Shown piece after piece: positions 60,601-64,000 of a DNA stretch of 64,000 bases (positions within the stretch are counted from its first letter, which is position 1; each line of letters opens with the position of its first letter). The stretch comes from a virus. The notes beneath the pieces are model-generated. The model was given only the letters and a program-made list of their open reading frames with translations, was not told the origin of the DNA and did no database searches. The stretch is from UHGV virus genome UHGV-0018639. One strand, 5' to 3'. Made by a program: the position numbers and the translations under genes.

Positions 60601-60640
60601 TCAAATTAGAAAAAGGCGACTACAATATAAAGTAGTCGCC
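60601..60640 (-). terminator. rho-independent terminator (- strand)
   Basis: Hairpin ggcgactac-aatataaa-gtagtcgcc, followed on the - strand by a U-run (rc of tcaaattagaaaaa). Confidence 0.65.
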
Positions 60641-60660
60641 CGTGAGCAGTTATACAATAT

Positions 60661-61118
60661 TTAGTTGCTCTTCTCCTTGAGAAGGTCTTCCATTTCAAGA
60701 TTGACAAGATTGAGCAAATCAACTTGATCTTCAGTGGCTTCGCTGAGCTTCATCGGATGACCAAAAACCATTTCGATCTTTTTGGAAATACGACGAGCCA
60801 TATCAGCATCGGCATTTTCGCCTGTGCCGACAAGCTTGACCCAAAGGTCTTGCGCGTGGTTGCGAACAGTTATGTAGTTAAGAGCTTCCTCACTCTTGAT
60901 TATAACATTATCCACCGCAGAACCGCCGCTCACTTCAATCTCCTTATCTATTGCGCGACCTACCGCGTCTTCAAGATAAGAATAACCAAAAGGAAGGACA
61001 GGGTCAAGGAAACGATATCGACTACCCGCGGTAATAGTGGGAGTAGCGCGAGTTATCAAGTGTCTTTCCCAGCCTGTTTTGTCATTCCACTCTTTAGTAA
61101 TGACGCCTATAATATCAA
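60661..61118 (-). CDS. Sak4-like (AAA_24) ssDNA-annealing ATPase, exon 2 (approximate 5' boundary); ..FDIIGVITKEWNDKTGWERHLITRATPTITAGSRYRF..
   Basis: ORF track 60661..61059. The frame is open upstream to the homing endonuclease stop at 61156. The exon 2 start is placed at ~61118 by homology reasoning and is uncertain by a few nt. Confidence 0.5.
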
Positions 61119-62191
61119 CACATTTTGTTATCGTAAAGCTTTTTATCTTTACTTCTTACTCTTGATTTTGAGCAAGTTCAGCATATCTTTTTTCCTCTTC
61201 TCCAGAGGAATAGAGTCTCGTGGATTTTATATCATAAAAGTTTTTCATTGCTTGATATTTTCTTTCCATATAAATAGAATTGGGCACATACAGAATCTCA
61301 AAAAGTCTTAAGATAGTGTCTTTTTTATAAACTTGTATTGTATAAAAATGGTCGCCTTGACTGAGCGTCGCTGTGCTGGTCGAAAGAGAGGTAATAATAC
61401 CATATTTATTCAGAAGAACTTGCCGCATCCATTCAATAACTTCTTTTCTTGCTCCACAAATATACCAATTATAATGATATTTTTTATAATCAGTCCAAAT
61501 ACATCCATCTCCATCAAAATATCCTCGAATATAAGAGATAAAATATTGTTCATCAAGAAAAGTCGGCGGTGTTAGAGTAAAAGTTTTACGAGGTATTATT
61601 CCATAATGGGCTAAATCTTGTTTGATAGTATGACTACAAACTCTTAGCCGGCTATACTCACAACCTGAATTATTTGTATAATGCTGAATAGGTCCCTCAT
61701 ATTTTAGTTCTTCTTTTATCTTATACAATATTTCTTCATCGGATCTTTGAATATCTATTGTAAAATGATTCGTATCTTTTGATACTCCGCCATCGGAAGC
61801 TAAAAATCCAAGAATATAAGCCATATTATGAGATTGTATCTTGAAATAATCGTCATTAACATTATAAGCTCGACATTCTTTTGCAGCTTCTTGCCGATTA
61901 CGAACCTTTACTCCCCATTTTTTCAAGTATCTTTGAATTGTCGCTCCTGAAGCTCCTCCAACATCTCGGCCAATAGCATTTACGCCTCTTTTTAGAACTG
62001 TATAATTATAAATTATAAATTCTTTTTGTTCATCTGTAAATGAAATAGATTTACCCACTCTGGGTTCCTCCTTTTATGTTTATCAATCTATGCGTTGCGC
62101 GTGTCGGAACTTTTACACTCCGACTTCCGCTCTGATTCCCATCTCAGGGTTCCAGATTTTTACTCTAATTTAGATATTTGTTTCCAAATAA
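61119..62191 (-). mobile_element. intervening sequence (probable group I intron, boundaries approximate) in the Sak4-like gene carrying a LAGLIDADG homing endonuclease ORF
   Basis: The N- and C-terminal halves of a Sak4-like ATPase flank the homing endonuclease gene. U/G-rule-compatible splice pairs exist: U62192 with G61119, or U62191 with G61121. The core shows P/Q-like variants aaucuggaac and gaaucagagcgg. No canonical R/S was found and P1 was not convincingly identified. Confidence 0.45.
61156..62058 (-). CDS. LAGLIDADG homing endonuclease (LGFLASDGGV and IRGYFDGDGCI) with N-terminal HTH
   Basis: 300 aa with RBS aaaaggagg. It is in the same frame as downstream exon 2 but separated by its own stop. 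Confidence 0.8.
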   Translation of the reverse strand: MGKSISFTDEQKEFIIYNYTVLKRGVNAIGRDVGGASGATIQRYLKKWGVKVRNRQEAAKECRAYNVNDDYFKIQSHNMAYILGFLASDGGVSKDTNHFTIDIQRSDEEILYKIKEELKYEGPIQHYTNNSGCEYSRLRVCSHTIKQDLAHYGIIPRKTFTLTPPTFLDEQYFISYIRGYFDGDGCIWTDYKKYHYNWYICGARKEVIEWMRQVLLNKYGIITSLSTSTATLSQGDHFYTIQVYKKDTILRLFEILYVPNSIYMERKYQAMKNFYDIKSTRLYSSGEEEKRYAELAQNQE

Positions 62192-62729
62192 ATGTCCCAT
62201 TGAGACTATTGACAACTTTTAGGCATCTAGGATTGAGGTCAGGTTTATACCCAACTATAGTTCCCTTATCATCAACTTCCTCTTTCAAATGAGAAGTCAA
62301 AATAAGACCATAACCAAGCATTGTAATTCTGCGAAGAGTGCGCTCAAATTCTTGAGACAGAGACTTATAACCTGCGCCATAAGGAATGTCACCAATCTTC
62401 TGAACGCCAGCCTGTGCACAAATATACTGTTCGCACAAATCCCAAGCAATGGCAACTGTATCAAAACATATCGTCTTATACATTTGCTTTGCTTCAGGTT
62501 TTTCAAGCTGGCGGCAGATGATTTTACAATCACTCCATTTTTCAATGGGCTGAATCATTGCTCCCGGACGAGCATTAGTGCCCATCTCAAAAGCAAGAAT
62601 TAAAGAATCCTTCGCAGTTGTGCAAAATTCCGTTTTTCCGATCTTAGGCTCTCCAGCAAGAAGCACATACTTGCCAGACAAATTTCTCGGAACAACGCTC
62701 GGTTGAATAGATAATATATCAATAGCCAT
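62192..62729 (-). CDS. Sak4-like (AAA_24) ATPase, exon 1 (Walker A LLAGEPKIGKT), approximate 3' boundary
   Basis: ORF track 62160..62729. The last ~10 codons of the ORF track are probably intron-encoded. Confidence 0.5.
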
Positions 62730-62743
62730 AGGTCAAGGCCTCC

Positions 62744-63646
62744 TTAGAAACCGAGGTCAAGACCCATAGACGCAGTGGAAGAAGCTTGAGCGGGCGCCTT
62801 ACGCTGTGCAGCACGAGCACGGCCATTGGCTTTCTGCTGCTCCTGACGTTCCTTTCTCTTATTGAGGCCTGCGCTTATCTCTTCAAGAGTCCAAGCTTTA
62901 TCACCGTCAAGTGGAGTCGGACAGCCACCAGTGATAACAAGCTCACTCAAATTCAGAGTGCGAGTTTCCTCGTGCGGCTCACCGAAGCCCGGATTGACTA
63001 TCTCAGTGCGAACAGTGGAGGTAAAGTTCAGGCGACCTTCAGCTGCAACACAATCATTCTCCTGCCAATATTCGCTTATTGCCGCGCGAACATTCTCGCT
63101 CTTAACAATAAACGGAATGACATCAACAGTATCGCCCCAGCCGGGGACTACGCCACGAATTATCATATTACCAGTCTCAATGCCTTCCTTATCAAGCTCA
63201 GGAGACATATTAGCCAACATCATCTCAATAGAGAAATCAGCTTTAGGCTTCATTTCATCCTTACGCACAACATTAACAAAAGATGCTTGAATCTGAGGAT
63301 AAGAAATCATAGAAGAGCCATCCTGAGACGGATATTCATTCATAGAAATCTTGCCAGTCAGACGGACACGAGTTGCGTCAGCCTCACCAACCTGCGCAAT
63401 ACTATGCATTTCATCAAGAATACGCTGAACAGATGCATATGCAGGATTAGCATTACCATCACGCTTGGTCTTATTTGCAAACAGCTTTACAGGGATTTCA
63501 AGAAGTCCCTCTTTGCTATTGACTCTTATCTTTATAGAACCACCAAGATACTCAGTGGTGCGGCCGTCCTTTTCAAAAGAGCCATTCTTCAGGTCAGTTT
63601 CACTCAATATTCCTTCAATATATACTTTATTAGTTGCTTCTCTCAT
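62744..63646 (-). CDS. putative ssDNA-binding protein (partner of Sak4; acidic/Gly C-terminal tail ..MGLDLGF)
   Basis: 300 aa with RBS aaggag. Its position is adjacent to the Sak4-like gene. No direct motif proof. Confidence 0.35.
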   Translation of the reverse strand: MREATNKVYIEGILSETDLKNGSFEKDGRTTEYLGGSIKIRVNSKEGLLEIPVKLFANKTKRDGNANPAYASVQRILDEMHSIAQVGEADATRVRLTGKISMNEYPSQDGSSMISYPQIQASFVNVVRKDEMKPKADFSIEMMLANMSPELDKEGIETGNMIIRGVVPGWGDTVDVIPFIVKSENVRAAISEYWQENDCVAAEGRLNFTSTVRTEIVNPGFGEPHEETRTLNLSELVITGGCPTPLDGDKAWTLEEISAGLNKRKERQEQQKANGRARAAQRKAPAQASSTASMGLDLGF

Positions 63647-63726
63647 TTTCTTACTCCTTATTTTTTATTTTGACTCTTTTGAACATAAGGAGCCTGACTA
63701 TTCATCAGGCTCCGATATATTCAAAA

Positions 63727-63981
63727 TTACTCTTCGTCAGCGGACGGAACAAAAACCTTGCCTTCATCAGTCAGATTGACATAAGTGATCTCCTTGGCAT
63801 CTTCGCCTTCACCAGCAACCTTCTCACGAACAACAAGACCCTTCTTCTGAAGGTCAGTTACATTTGCACCGATAGAACGAGCAGCGCGGCCAAGAGCGGA
63901 AACCAGCTCATCAATGGAAATGTGACCACCATTGTCACGAACGTAATTAAAGACTTCACTAGACTTACTTGTCAATTTCAC
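63727..63981 (-). CDS. small winged-helix/HTH-like protein (hypothetical)
   Basis: 84 aa, GTG start at 63981 with RBS aaaggag. A palindromic terminator hairpin is at 63690-63714. Confidence 0.45.
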   Translation of the reverse strand: MKLTSKSSEVFNYVRDNGGHISIDELVSALGRAARSIGANVTDLQKKGLVVREKVAGEGEDAKEITYVNLTDEGKVFVPSADEE

Positions 63982-64000
63982 TTTGTTTTTCTCCTTTTGT

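Noticed and set aside
61118-61156. Possibility that the Sak4 LAGLIDADG insertion is an intein or a translational fusion, since the endonuclease and exon 2 share a reading frame.
   Set aside because: The endonuclease has its own RBS and start, and a UAA stop separates it from exon 2. The frame identity is probably coincidental.
1-64000. Search for CRISPR arrays, tRNA genes, an integrase/repressor lysogeny module, a reverse transcriptase/DGR, and inteins in DnaB/TerL.
   Set aside because: None found. There are no spaced direct repeats and no tRNA-like GTTCGAATC motifs in intergenic regions. There are no integrase or reverse transcriptase motifs. All interruptions have free-standing ORFs with their own RBS and stop codons, so they are not inteins.

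Overview
This window reads as part of a large (>64 kb), low-GC Firmicutes-type virulent siphovirus-like phage genome (or a prophage region with no integrase in view). No tRNA genes or CRISPR arrays were found. Positions 1-39.7 kb are on the + strand: a divergent promoter with iteron-like repeats, a sigma-like regulator, terminase, portal, head, connector, tail tube, a giant tape measure, Dit, Tal and tail fibres, then a few small genes and a terminator. Positions 39.7-64 kb are on the - strand: RuvC, dUTPase, a nucleobase/nucleoside salvage cluster, NrdDG, DnaE, a RecJ-like DHH exonuclease, primase, DnaB helicase, a Sak4-like ATPase and an SSB-like protein. The standout feature is intron density. 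At least five genes are interrupted by group I introns: terL, the tape measure gene, nrdD, dnaE and a recJ-like gene. Each was recognised by conserved P/Q/R/S-type core sequences, P1 and P10 pairings, U at the 5' splice site, a terminal G, and restored protein continuity. A sixth gene, the Sak4-like ATPase, is split by a LAGLIDADG-homing-endonuclease-containing intervening sequence whose exact boundaries I could not fix. Four of the six intervening sequences carry homing endonuclease genes: a Vsr-like PD-(D/E)xK enzyme with zinc fingers, two HNH enzymes, and a LAGLIDADG enzyme. The terL intron, at 1220 nt, also carries one. The recJ intron is ORF-less and about 244 nt. A free-standing Vsr-like endonuclease gene also lies in the salvage cluster. 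That cluster (NCS2 permease, two NDT-family proteins, an FNT-like channel) next to dUTPase and nrdDG is unusual for a phage. All coordinates come from manual reading, and splice sites are predictions.
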